DNA of 63,921 bases, counting the filler, from Octopus bimaculoides (taxonomy: Eukaryota): assembly GCF_001194135.2 (NCBI RefSeq). It is 5 parts of 5 records of this genome, joined end to end, with 100 filler letters (N's around TTAATTAATTAA, not from the genome) between each part and the next. Parts side by side here need not be neighbours in the genome. Positions count along the whole stretch, not along the records: positions 10,714 to 32,728 come from NC_068987.1; 4 more parts are not named here. One strand, written 5' to 3'. Position 1 is the first letter of the stretch. Each line of letters opens with the position of its first letter. The translations under genes were made by a program, and so were the position numbers. This document shows, in pieces, positions 13,994-24,490 of this stretch. The notes beneath the pieces were generated by a model. The model saw only the letters and a program-made list of their open reading frames with translations. It had not been told where the DNA came from and ran no database searches.

Positions 13994-14570
13994 GTTGTCG
14001 TCATCATCACCGTCATCATCATCATCATCATTGTCATCATCGTCATCATCATTGTTGTCATCATCATCATCATTGTCATCATCATTGTCATTGTCATCCT
14101 CATTGTCATCATCATCATCATCATCATCATTATCACAGTCATCATTGTTGTCATCTTCATCATCATTGTCATCATCGTCGTCACTGTCATCATCACCATC
14201 ATCATTATCGCTGTCATCATTGTTGTTGTCTTCACCATCATTTTCATCATTGTCATCGTCGTCGTCATCGTCATTGTCATCATTATCACCATCGTCATTG
14301 TTATCAATGTCATCAATCATCATCATCGTCATCATCGTCATTATCGCAATCGTCATTGTCGTCATCTTCATCATCATTCTCATCATCGTCGTCATTACCA
14401 CTACCACCATCATCATCATCATCATTATCGTTGTCATCATTGTTGTCATCATCATCATCATCATCATCCTCATCACCAACACAAAGATCATCATCATCTC
14501 CCTTACTACTTCCATTACTGTCACTACTACCACCTCCACCACCACCACCACCACCACCACCACCACCACC
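13940..14570. repeat. Compound (CAT/CGT/TGT)n then (CAC)n trinucleotide tract
   Basis: Seen directly; produces spurious poly-I/S/D/H ORFs. Confidence 0.95.
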
Positions 14571-14999
14571 ATGGCCAGTTTTCAGTTTTATTAGTCATAT
14601 CAACCATAATACCACCCTTTAAAGATTCCACAAAACCTGAAGCAACAGCTTCATTAGCCAAGATACTTTTTAATTAGTGACAGAATATCATAGACAAAAA
14701 AAACACTAATGAGCAAATTAATCCATTTTGCAGACTATATTACAGATAGAAGGGATTTAATTTGGTAAAGAACAATAATCCATGTTTTTAGTTCTTGTCT
14801 TCTCTGCTTGTGTTGTTTGTATTTTTGTTAATTTTTTATTTAAATATTATTTCTTTAGCTTCTTTCTTGTTTTTGTAATATTCTTGTTTTATATGGTTTC
14901 AAATTGTTTTGTCTGTGCTCGTCAGAGAAACTGTGTGATCGGGGTGAAGATGTTGAAGGAAGAGAATATGTTTAGCAAACTGATATATATCTATATTTA

Positions 15000-15405
15000 T
15001 GTGTGTGTGTGTGTGTGTGTTAATAGCATACATATATCCATATATGATGTATGTGTGTGTGTGTTAACAGCATACGTATATCCATATATGATGTATGTGT
15101 GTGTGTGTGTTAATAGCATATGTATATCCAAATATGATCTATATGTGTGTGTGCGTTAATAGCATGCATATATCCATATATGATGTATGTGTGTGTGTGT
15201 GTGTTAATAGTATACATATATCTATATATGATGTGTGTGTGTGTGTGTGTGTGTGTGTTAATAGCATGCATATATGTATATATGATTTGTGTGTGTCTGT
15301 GTGTTTTAATAGCATACATATATCTATATATGATGTATGTGTGTGTGTGTGTGTGTGTTAATAGCATACATATATCTTTATATGATGTATGTGTGTGTGT
15401 GTGTG
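15000..15405. repeat. ~42-48-bp minisatellite, about 9 units
   Basis: Unit (GT)n-TAATAGCATACATATATCCATATATGATGTAT repeated in tandem, with variable (GT)n length. Confidence 0.85.
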
Positions 15406-15407
15406 TT

Positions 15408-15530
15408 CTGGTTGGTCCAAGGCTGTCATACAAAAAAAAGACGTCCGCCCACAGTACCCCACAGTGTGATTGAACCAGAAACCATATGCTTAGGAAGCAA
15501 ACTTGTTACCATACAGCCACACCTGTACCT
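15408..15530 (-). mobile_element. SINE family C, decayed 5' fragment
   Basis: GATTGAACCAGAAACCATATGCTTAGGAAGCAAACTTGTTACCATACAGCCACACCTG. Confidence 0.7.
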
Positions 15531-15706
15531 ATTGTTTTGTACATCTTTCTACAAAATACAGTAGGTAGGTAAGTCTATAATAAATTCAAAGGTAAGAATT
15601 CAGGAGACAAGAACACAATATTTAATCAGATTCCGAGACTACCAAACATCTTGTGCCTTAAGACAGATCAAATATGACAAACACCTTATATGGTAAATCA
15701 GGTATG

Positions 15707-15741
<35 letters not shown>

Positions 15742-15886
15742 TTATTTGTATGCAAAAGAAAGAAATTTGATACATATCATTTTCATATTTGATCAGTCAC
15801 TGTCCTGACTCTCTAATTTAATTAATTATTTATTTGCTCTGATATATTTAAATCTGTCATTGTGTACACACATGCGTGCATGTGTG

Positions 15887-15953
15887 CATACATAGAAACT
15901 CACGCATACATAGAAACTCACGCATACATAGAAACTCACGCATACATAAAAAC
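15887..15953. repeat. 18-bp tandem repeat, 3 full copies plus a partial
   Basis: CATACATAGAAACTCACG x3, then CATACATAAAAAC. Confidence 0.9.
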
Positions 15954-16149
15954 AAACATAGGCCTACACAATTAGATACATACACACACACACACACACA
16001 CAATCACATGCATATGTGTATTGGTTAGTTTTAATGAACTAGGAAAACATCATGGCGTCATCCCTTGTCAGCCAGTTCTTTTTCTTTTTTTTTTTGTTTC
16101 ATTTCGTTCAGTATTTTTTTTTATTTTTTATCCTATTTGAAAAATTGGT

Positions 16150-16258
16150 TGCACCAGCACTCACTGGCTCTCATTTTCAGCTGAATAGACTGGAGTAACA
16201 GGAAATGAAGAAACTTGCTCAAGGATACAATGTGCTGTCTGATCCAAGTATCAAATCT
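16150..16258 (-). mobile_element. SINE family V, decayed fragment
   Basis: Reverse complement TTGTATCCTTGAGCAAGTTTCTTCATTTCCTGTTACTCCAGTCTATTCAGCTGAAAATGAG aligns with ~3980-4045. Confidence 0.7.
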
Positions 16259-16770
16259 GTGCAAAAAAAAACGAAGAACACTTGAGAAGGCTGCAATTTT
16301 TAACAAACAAAACCTTTTATTCTTTCCATACGATGACGAACACAAAAAAGCGAATACCATAATTACTATGAACGACAAAATANNNNNNNNNNNNNNNNNN
16401 NNNNNNNNNNNNNNNNNNNNNNNNNNNNNNNNNNNNNNNNNNNNNNNNNNNNNNNNNNNNNNNNNNNNNNNNNNNNNNNNNNNNNNNNNNNNNNNNNNNN
16501 NNNNNNNNNNNNNNNNNNNNNNNNNNNNNNNNNNNNNNNNNNNNNNNNNNNNNNNNNNNNNNNNNNNNNNNNNNNNNNNATAATTACTATGAACGACAAA
16601 ATATCAGGAGAGTTTCTAAGTTATTGTCTTTGGCATAATTGTAAAAGCAGTCAAAACGTTAACTCCAGGTCGTTAAGCTGCTGTTGTTGTTTGTTTATTG
16701 TGGTTGTTGTCGGCAGCTATCTGCATAACTTCACTGTCCATCTGCCGTCTCGTCTGTGCTGTCTCCCAAT

Positions 16771-16815
<45 letters not shown>

Positions 16816-17186
16816 AGCATCTCAAAGCTATCTGTCAAGTAGCTGAGGTGTGCTGAATTTATACTGATGGATAGGCTCGAAAGGAAGTGGGTCAAAAGAT
16901 GAAATCGTTGTTGGTGCCTCTTCCATGCAAAGTCGTGATTGGTCACATTTTGTTGATCACTTGTGCTGGATTGGGTGACATTGCTGGATAATTCTGTTAC
17001 AAATCTCTGGCCTTATAATTGTGAAACTTATGCACGAACCACTAGGCCACACACACTACACACACACACACACAATTACACTTGCACACACACATGCATA
17101 CACACATATATATATATACACTATATATATACACTATATATATGTATGAATATATGAATATGTGTGTATATATATGTATGCGTATG

Positions 17187-17239
<53 letters not shown>

Positions 17240-17668
17240 CTGTAAAAAATATGCGACACTTATTCACTAGNNNNNNNNNNNNNNNNNNNNNNNNNNNNNN
17301 NNNNNNNNNNNNNNNNNNNNNNNNNNNNNNNNNNNNNNNNNNNNNNNNNNNNNNNNNNNNNNNNNNNNNNNNNNNNNNNNNNNNNNNNNNNNNNNNNNNN
17401 NNNNNNNNNNNNNNNNNNNNNNNNNNNNNNNNNNNNNNNNNNNNNNNNNNNNNNNNNNNNNNNNNNNNNNNNNNNNNNNNNNNNNNNNNNNNNNNNNNNN
17501 NNNNNNNNNNNNNNNNNNNNNNNNNNNNNNNNNNNNNNNNNNNNNNNNNNNNNNAACTCGGATTTTTATCATGGCTACCGAATAAATGTCACATACTTTT
17601 TACAGATAAATTCCTCTATTTACATAATATTGAGGTCTCTTTCTTTCTTTTGTTGTCCTTCCTGTCAA

Positions 17669-17699
<31 letters not shown>

Positions 17700-17934
17700 A
17701 ACAAGTGGGTGGACAATGATGATGACAATGATGATGATGATGATGATGTTTTTTCTTACACTGTTTTTTTTTTTATTCTTTCTCTGTTTATTCCTTTGTG
17801 TTCCTTTCTGTTGAAGAGCGTAAATTCGAAACGTAGAAGACTTTCTCACCTTCCCGAGCGTCAAGCTAAAACACCTGCTTGTTGATTATACACCTGTCTT
17901 CGTCTTTTGTTTTCCTGTAAATTTCAGCTACATG

Positions 17935-17968
<34 letters not shown>

Positions 17969-18023
17969 TATATATATGTGTGTATATATGTATATATATA
18001 TATATACACACACTCATATATAT

Positions 18024-18076
<53 letters not shown>

Positions 18077-18114
18077 CATACACACACATGTATATATAAA
18101 TATATGTATATATA

Positions 18115-18181
<67 letters not shown>

Positions 18182-18351
18182 ATGTATGTATGCATACACA
18201 AACACACATACAAACACACACACTCACACATACACACTCATATTTAATCGACTGTCAAGCAGATCTACAGAAATGTACAGGTCACTTACAAATATATAAT
18301 TATAGAGAAAACATCTATTTAACAAACGACATAACTGTGTTACTTTAGAAA

Positions 18352-18413
<62 letters not shown>

Positions 18414-18967
18414 CATCAACAACAACACAAACTGCATCAATATAAATGGAACCTGTATAAAGAAGTCGGTGAATGATAAACAATATATTCATTTTTATAC
18501 AATAGTAATAAAGCTACGACGACAAACATATGCTACACAGAGATGTAGTTACTCATAATATCAACATGATAAAAGCAACTTGTCAACAATTACACTAGCT
18601 CAATACACAAAGTGGCAATGCTGGTAAAGTTTAGACATCTAACAATACTTTGATTAAATTATTCTTGTAAATGAACATATGTCATTGGAAAAGGTCTGGA
18701 AAAATGAAAAGAGAAACAAGAAAAAAATTACAAAAATGAATGATATAGATCATCGTTTTAAATTAGCAGCTAAAATAGATAACGAAGAATAAAATGGAAT
18801 AAAGCTGTTAAAAACCGCTAGATCCTTGGAGAAAATTTTATGTAACTTAATTATTAACAAGACTTAAGAGTTGTGGTTCTGAGATAAACTGGTATAATCG
18901 GAGAGTCTCTTGTTAGATATATTGGAAGTGTATGTAAATATGTATATATGTATATATATTCTTTTCA

Positions 18968-19158
18968 TTTATTCTTTTATGCGTTTCAGTCATTTGACTG
19001 TGGCCATGCTGGACCACCACAGGACTTATTCTTTGTAAGCCAGGTACTTATTCTATCGGTCTCGTTTGCCAAACTGCTAAGTTATGGAGACGTAACCACA
19101 CCAGCATCGGTTGTCAAGTGATCGTGGGGAGGACAAACACAGACACACAAGCATACAT

Positions 19159-19257
<99 letters not shown>

Positions 19258-19428
19258 CATATATACGATGGGCTTCTTTCAGTTTCCGTATTCCAAATCT
19301 ACTCGCAAGGCTTTGGTCGGCCTGAGGCTATAGTAGAAGATACTTACCCAAGGTGCCATGCAGTGAGAATGAACCCAGAACCATATGGTTGGTAAGCAAG
19401 CTACCTACCATATAGCCACTCCTGCGTA
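18968..19428 (-). mobile_element. SINE family C, near full-length, CpG-decayed, expanded internal (CA)n/(TA)n
   Basis: Runs from tail TTTCAGTCATTTGACTGTGGCCATGCTGG to head AAGCAAGCTACCTACCATATAGCCACTCCTGCG, with an internal deletion. Confidence 0.9.
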
Positions 19429-19644
19429 TGTATGTATGTATGTATGTATGTATGTTAATAAGTCTGTACATATGAACGTTCTAGGCATGTGCTTATGTAT
19501 CATTGTACGTACATATGTATGTATATATATATATATATATTGCTCTATGTATGTTTGTACACACATGCACTCACACACACATGCACAGACACACACACAC
19601 ACACACACACACACATGCACACATACACACGTTTATATACATAC

Positions 19645-19862
19645 ACAGGTAATGCTGAGAAGTTTCTGGCTTCGGGTAAAAGAAAATGCAGGAGGATCAC
19701 TTAATTATGATTTTAACGAACATATTCCCCTCTTAGATTCACATACTTATTGCAGAGGTCCTTCAGTTATTCTAAGCCATGTAAAAGAACACAGAAGGTT
19801 GGACCTCCAAGCAGGCCTTTCGCAATACCCTTAAAGCCAGGAACCTTTCAGTACACCCTCAT
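19645..19862 (-). mobile_element. Mariner-derived MITE (copy 1)
   Basis: Reverse-complement match to 20821-21038; termini ATGCTGAGAAGTTTCTGGCTT and AAAGCCAGGAACCTTTCAGTACACCCTC. Confidence 0.85.
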
Positions 19863-19903
19863 GTGTATGTCAGCAAAAACACTGTTTCTTTTTTATTTTT
19901 CTC

Positions 19904-20143
19904 TTTTATCTTTTACTTGTCTCAGTCATTTGACTGTGGCCATGCTGGAGCACCGATGCTGGTGTGTTTACGCCCCCGTCACTCAGCGGTTTGGCAAAAA
20001 GAGACCGATAGAATAAGTACTAGGTTTCCAAAGAATAAGTCCTGAGGTCAATTTGCTCGAGTAAAAGGTGGTGCTCCAGCATGGCCGCAGTCAAATGACT
20101 GAAACAAGTAAAAGAATAAAGGAGTAAAAGAGTAAAAGAGTAA
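19904..20143. mobile_element. Fold-back derivative of SINE family C tail (inverted ~50-bp arms)
   Basis: Left arm TTTTATCTTTTACTTGTCTCAGTCATTTGACTGTGGCCATGCTGGAGCACC (19904-19954) is the near reverse complement of right arm GGTGCTCCAGCATGGCCGCAGTCAAATGACTGAAACAAGTAAAAGAATAAA (20070-20120). Confidence 0.85.
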
Positions 20144-20820
20144 ATACTATATTAACCACCTTACGTGGATTTTAGCATCATTTGGCATCTATTTTCAGCT
20201 TGTGGAGAGGCTTGTTTCCGATCCCTTGTTATAATTATGCATAGAATTACTAATATAGTATATATATATATATACACTCTGTCAACCAATGATAGAAGGA
20301 GAACAGTTTTAGGTTTCCCATGGTAACATGAACATACAGGTGCTACACAATTTTTTTTTTTTTTTCAATATTTAAATGGTGAGAATGATGTTCAATACAA
20401 AATAAAAGGAAGAAACCAATCAATAATTTGTTTTCAAATTTCAATGAAGGCTAACATTCAGGAAAAATAAAAACGACATAATTTTAAAAATAGGTTCTGT
20501 TATTTTCAGTAAATAATATTGATTTCTACCAGACTAATTTTGGAGTCAATTGAATCCAGCTCAGAGGACAGATGGACTTATTCACATTTATTTCATCGAT
20601 GCTCAATCAAGATTTGAACCTGAGACATAGAAAGGCAAGATTTATTGCTGTAGAGCGTTTAGTTGGCACCTTGCTGCATGATACTTCACAAGCTGTTGAG
20701 AGAACTTCTACCTAGCCATACATTGTGCTAGAAATAGCAGCCAAATCTCCCTCAAAAATCACACCTTTACCAACGTAATTGATAACGGATACATTGAATA
20801 ATGTAGCCTTAGATATATTA

Positions 20821-21038
20821 CAAGGGGGTGCTGAAAAGTTCCTGGCTTTAAGGGTATCACAGAAGGCCTGGTTGGAAGCCCAACCTTCAGGGTCTTTTTT
20901 ACAGGGCTTAGAAAAACTGAAGGACTGCTGCAATAAGTGTGTGACTCTGAGAGAGAAATATGTTGGATAAAATCATGACTAACTGATCTTACAGTATTTT
21001 CTTTTACCCAAAGCCAGGAACTTTTCTGCACTCCCTTG
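20821..21038 (+). mobile_element. Mariner-derived MITE (copy 2), ~28-bp TIRs, TA at the left end
   Basis: TA|CAAGGGGGTGCTGAAAAGTTCCTGGCTTT ... AAAGCCAGGAACTTTTCTGCACTCCCTTG. The interior encodes QKAWLEAQPSGSFLQGLEKLKDCCNKCVTLREKYVG*, resembling a mariner transposase C-terminus (GIxKLxxRWxKCxxxxGxYVE*). Confidence 0.9.
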
Positions 21039-21593
21039 TGTATATATATAAAACAAAGACAAGAAAAACATTTCAAAGGGGGAGTCATGGCTGGAGCATC
21101 TTTGATCATGTATCTCCTCAGTCAGCTTTTAATTACTCCATCCATTTCCACTCATGTTTGTGCCAATGAGTGGCAGTTTCCCCTCCTGTGTTTCCAAGCA
21201 TTTGTGTTTTTTCTCCGTTTTCTCAATGTCTGATGTCCTTCGGAAAGATTTTAAGCAATACAATAATCCTTCGACTATTGCAGGTGTTACATTCTTATTG
21301 TATGTGTTTTGTTTAAACTCTGCGGGATTTCATCCAGGGAAACATTTCCTGAAGACAGTGAATGTTAAAAACACTGAATACCTCAGAACTAGACAAAAAT
21401 GAATAACCCTGTAGGTGAACCAAAGCAGTGGAGATCAATATTTCAGTGTTATTTCAGTTCATCAGCACCGAACACTCGATGTCTTAAAGAATTCCTTGGA
21501 TAAGATTCCACAGTTAATAGGTATTTAAACAAATTATATACTTTAAATATGTGGCTTCCATATTATATATATATATATATATATATATGCAAA

Positions 21594-21810
21594 GGTAGCA
21601 AGCTGGCAGAATTGTTAGCATACCAAGCAAAATGCTAAGTAGCATTTTGTCCATCTTCATCTTCTGAGTTCAAATTCTGCCAAGGCTGGCTTTGCCTTTC
21701 ATCGTTTTGGAGTCAATAGAATAAGTACCAGTTATGCACTGGGGTTGATGTAATTGACTTACCTGCCAACCCCTGAAATTGCTGGCCTTGTGCCAAAAAT
21801 TTTAAACCTA
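21594..21810 (+). mobile_element. SINE family M, full-length, essentially all CpGs mutated
   Basis: GGTAGCAAGCTGGCAGAATTGTTAGCATACCAAGCAAAATG..TTCTGCCAAGG..TTTTGGAGTCAATA..GGGGTTGATGTAATTGACT: TG or CA at positions that are CG in 8536-8771. Confidence 0.9.
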
Positions 21811-21984
21811 TATTTTGTTGTTATTTCAGCTTTTCAGTACTGAACTTGACGTCTTAAAAGGACAGTTCTTGGACAAGAATCCACAGCTAACAAGCATTGA
21901 AACAAAACACGTATTTAGAGCATGTGACATCAATAGTGTTTGTATGTGTGTGTAAGACACTGCTTGAAATAAGAATCTTCTGCA

Positions 21985-22440
21985 TTTCTTATTTATTTAT
22001 TGCCCACAAGGGGCTAAACATGAAGGGGACAAAACAAGGAAAGACAAAAGGATTAAATCAATTACATCGACCCCAGTGCGTAAAATGGTGCTTAATTTAT
22101 CGACTCCAAAAGGATGAAAGGCAATGTCGATCTTGGCGGAATTTGAACTCAGAACATGACAGCAGACAAAATACCGCTAAGCATTTCGCCTGGCGTGCTA
22201 ACGTTTCTTATTTCTTTATTGCCCACAAGGGGCTAAACATAGAGGGGACAAACAGGGACAGACAAAGGGATTAAGTCAATTATATCGACCCCAGTGTGTA
22301 ACTGGTACTTAATTTATCGACCCCGAAAGGATGAAAGGCAAAGTCGACCTCGGTGGAATTTGAACTCAGAACGTAACAGCAGACGAAATACTGCTAAGCA
22401 TTTTGCCTGGCGTGCTAACCTTTCTGCCAGCTCGCCGCCT
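21985..22440 (-). mobile_element. SINE family M, head-to-tail dimer (period ~219 bp)
   Basis: CTTATTT(A/C)TTTATTGCCCACAAGGGGCTAAACAT starts at 21988 and 22207; same junction as at ~1600; head ends CTGCCAGCTCGCCGCC. Confidence 0.9.
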
Positions 22441-22998
22441 TTCTTCTGCCTTTCTGTCTGATTAATTAATGGTGCAACTAATTAAGACGACAGCTCTTAC
22501 TTCCTCCACCATAGATACCAGACTGTAAAAATATTTAAGTATTGAGATCAAAATAATCAGCTAAAACACTTCAGCGCAATGCCCCAGCTTGGCCACAGTC
22601 CAGTAACTTAAATAATTTAAAAGGAGTACATCAGACAATACTCTGTGCTATGTACAGTGCCTAGCAAATGCACTTGGCATTTAAACTGGTAACAGTTAGG
22701 TATTTCCTATAGGATTCAAAATTCGTTTTGCAACAATGACTACAGCAGCAGAAGCAACAGCAGAGATGGTAACAACAGCAGCTGCTGCAACAGCAGTAAT
22801 GTGGATGAGGAACTGAAGGGAAGCTGATGGTATGAAGAAGCATACTAACAACGAAAAACTGAATGTGAATTCCAGTGCTGGGTCTGAAGACGCTGATGAG
22901 GATAATGTAAACAACTGCATATGGGCGAGTGTGTACATGTGTGTTGTGTGTGTGTGTATACATACACACACCTGTATATATGAACGTATGTATATATG

Positions 22999-23038
<40 letters not shown>

Positions 23039-23069
23039 TAAATACATATGTACATCAAAACATATATAT

Positions 23070-23212
23070 CATCATCATCATCATCATCGTTTAACGTCCG
23101 CTTTCCATGCTAGCATGGGTTGGACGATTTGACTGAGGACTGGTGAAACCGGATGGCAACACCAGGCTCCAATTTAATTTGGCAGAGCTTCTACAGCTGG
23201 ATGCCCTTCCTA
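23070..23212 (-). mobile_element. SINE family N, 3' end with (ATG)n tail
   Basis: (CAT)n-CGTTTAACGTCCGCTTTCCATGCTAGCATGGGTTGG..CTACAGCTGGATGCCCTTCCTA then runs into a gap. The AGGAAGGGCATCCAGC motif resembles recalled Nin/Deu-type SINE domains (unverified). Confidence 0.7.
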
Positions 23213-23733
23213 NNNNNNNNNNNNNNNNNNNNNNNNNNNNNNNNNNNNNNNNNNNNNNNNNNNNNNNNNNNNNNNNNNNNNNNNNNNNNNNNNNNNNNNN
23301 NNNNNNNNNNNNNNNNNNNNNNNNNNNNNNNNNNNNNNNNNNNNNNNNNNNNNNNNNNNNNNNNNNNNNNNNNNNNNNNNNNNNNNNNNNNNNNNNNNNN
23401 NNNNNNNNNNNNNNNNNNNNNNNNNNNNNNNNNNNNNNNNNNNNNNNNNNNNNNNNNNNNNNNNNNNNNNNNNNNNNNNNNNNNNNNNNNNNNNNNNNNN
23501 NNNNNNNNNNNNNNNNNNNNNNNNNNNNNNNNNNNNNNNNNNNNNNNNNNNNNNNNNNNNNNNNNNNNNNNNNNNNNNNNNNNNNNNNNNNNNNNNNNNN
23601 NNNNNNNNNNNNNNNNNNNNNNNNNNNNNNNNNNNNNNNNNNNNNNNNNNNNNNNNNNNNNNNNNNNNNNNNNNNNNNNNNNNNNNNNNNNNNNNNNNNN
23701 NNNNNNNNNNNNNNNNNNNNNNNNNNNNNNNNN

Positions 23734-23767
<34 letters not shown>

Positions 23768-23769
23768 TA

Positions 23770-23990
23770 GATGCCAGTGCTACCTGACTGGTCCCATGCT
23801 GGTGGCACGTAAAAAGCACCACTCAAGCATGGTTGCTACTGGTGCCACCTGACTTGCTCTTGTGCCAGTGGCACGTAAAAAGCCCCATCCGAGCATGGTT
23901 GATGCCAGTGCTGAATGACTGTCCTTCGTGCCGGTGGCACATAAAAAACACCCACTACACTCTCGGAGTGTAAGTATGTGTGCATGTATA
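23770..23990 (+). repeat. 66-bp tandem units from the SINE family N interior
   Basis: TGGCAC(G/A)TAAAAA starts at 23803, 23869 and 23935; ends CCCACTACACTCTCGGAGTG. Confidence 0.8.
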
Positions 23991-24033
23991 TATGTGTGAG
24001 CATGTATGTCTGTGTGATCGTTGGTAAACTGAC

Positions 24034-24103
24034 CTGGAAACATTTGTGTCTTGGCTACCAGCAGTGACAGTTGTTGACGCTGTCTTTGCACTTTTGAATT
24101 CCT
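24034..24103 (-). CDS. Candidate 70-nt internal exon of an unidentified host gene
   Basis: Minus strand: long T/C-rich tract ending ..TATTATTCTAG| exon |GTCAGT with CAG before the donor. Open in two frames: (E)EFKSAKTASTTVTAGSQDTNVS or RNSKVQRQRQQLSLLVAKTQMFP. No homology recognised. Confidence 0.4.
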
Positions 24104-24157
24104 CTAGAATAATAATAAAAAAGAAAAAAGAAGAAAATCCTCTTACATGAAAAACAG

Positions 24158-24255
24158 ATAAGAGTTAGTGACAGGATGAGCATCCAGCTGTAAAAATTTT
24201 GCCTCAGATGCTGTACGGCTATCGAAGCTACTCCAGCATGGAAAACAGACATTAA
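24158..24255 (+). mobile_element. SINE family N, decayed 3' fragment
   Basis: GTTAGTGACAGGATGAGCATCCAGCTGTAAAAA..CCAGCATGGAAAACAGACATTAA. Confidence 0.6.
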
Positions 24256-24324
24256 TCAAATGAATGAACAGATGTCAAATGTTGTAGAAACACAGCCAAA
24301 ACTATAAGTTTGATTAATAGCTTT

Positions 24325-24490
24325 TAGTTTTCTCAGTCATTGGACTGCGACCATGCTGGAGCACCACCTTGATGCGTCTTAGTCAGAAAAGTTTACCACA
24401 GTACTATTTTTTTTTTTAATCTGGTACTTATTCCAGCAGTCTCTTTTGCTGGACTACTAAGTTATGGGGGCCATAAACAAACCAACACCA
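24325..24490 (-). mobile_element. SINE family C, 3' part, heavily decayed
   Basis: TCAGTCATTGGACTGCGACCATGCTGGAGCACCACC..CTGGTACTTATTCCAGCAGTCTCTTTTGCTGGACTACTAAGTTATGGGG. Confidence 0.75.

Noticed and set aside
14931-14985. TCGTCAG|KLCDRGEDVEGREYV* on the plus strand
   Set aside because: Very short, ends in a stop, no supporting partner exon; indistinguishable from chance.
16359-16603. 24-bp ATAATTACTATGAACGACAAAATA on both sides of a gap (CRISPR-like repeat with hidden spacers?)
   Set aside because: Eukaryotic context, no cas genes, only two copies visible; a collapsed minisatellite or overlap explains it.
21310-21350. Minus-strand EMFPWMKSRRV*, resembling a Hox (F/Y)PWM hexapeptide
   Set aside because: Followed at once by a stop, with no credible donor and no homeobox exon in the window; a short match is expected by chance.
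22712-22930. Protein-like text (NDYSSRSNSRDG..; MKKHTNNEKLNVNSSAGSEDADEDN) after a TATAG acceptor
   Set aside because: Decayed CAG/AAC/GAT trinucleotide DNA; all frames are interrupted and there is no good donor.
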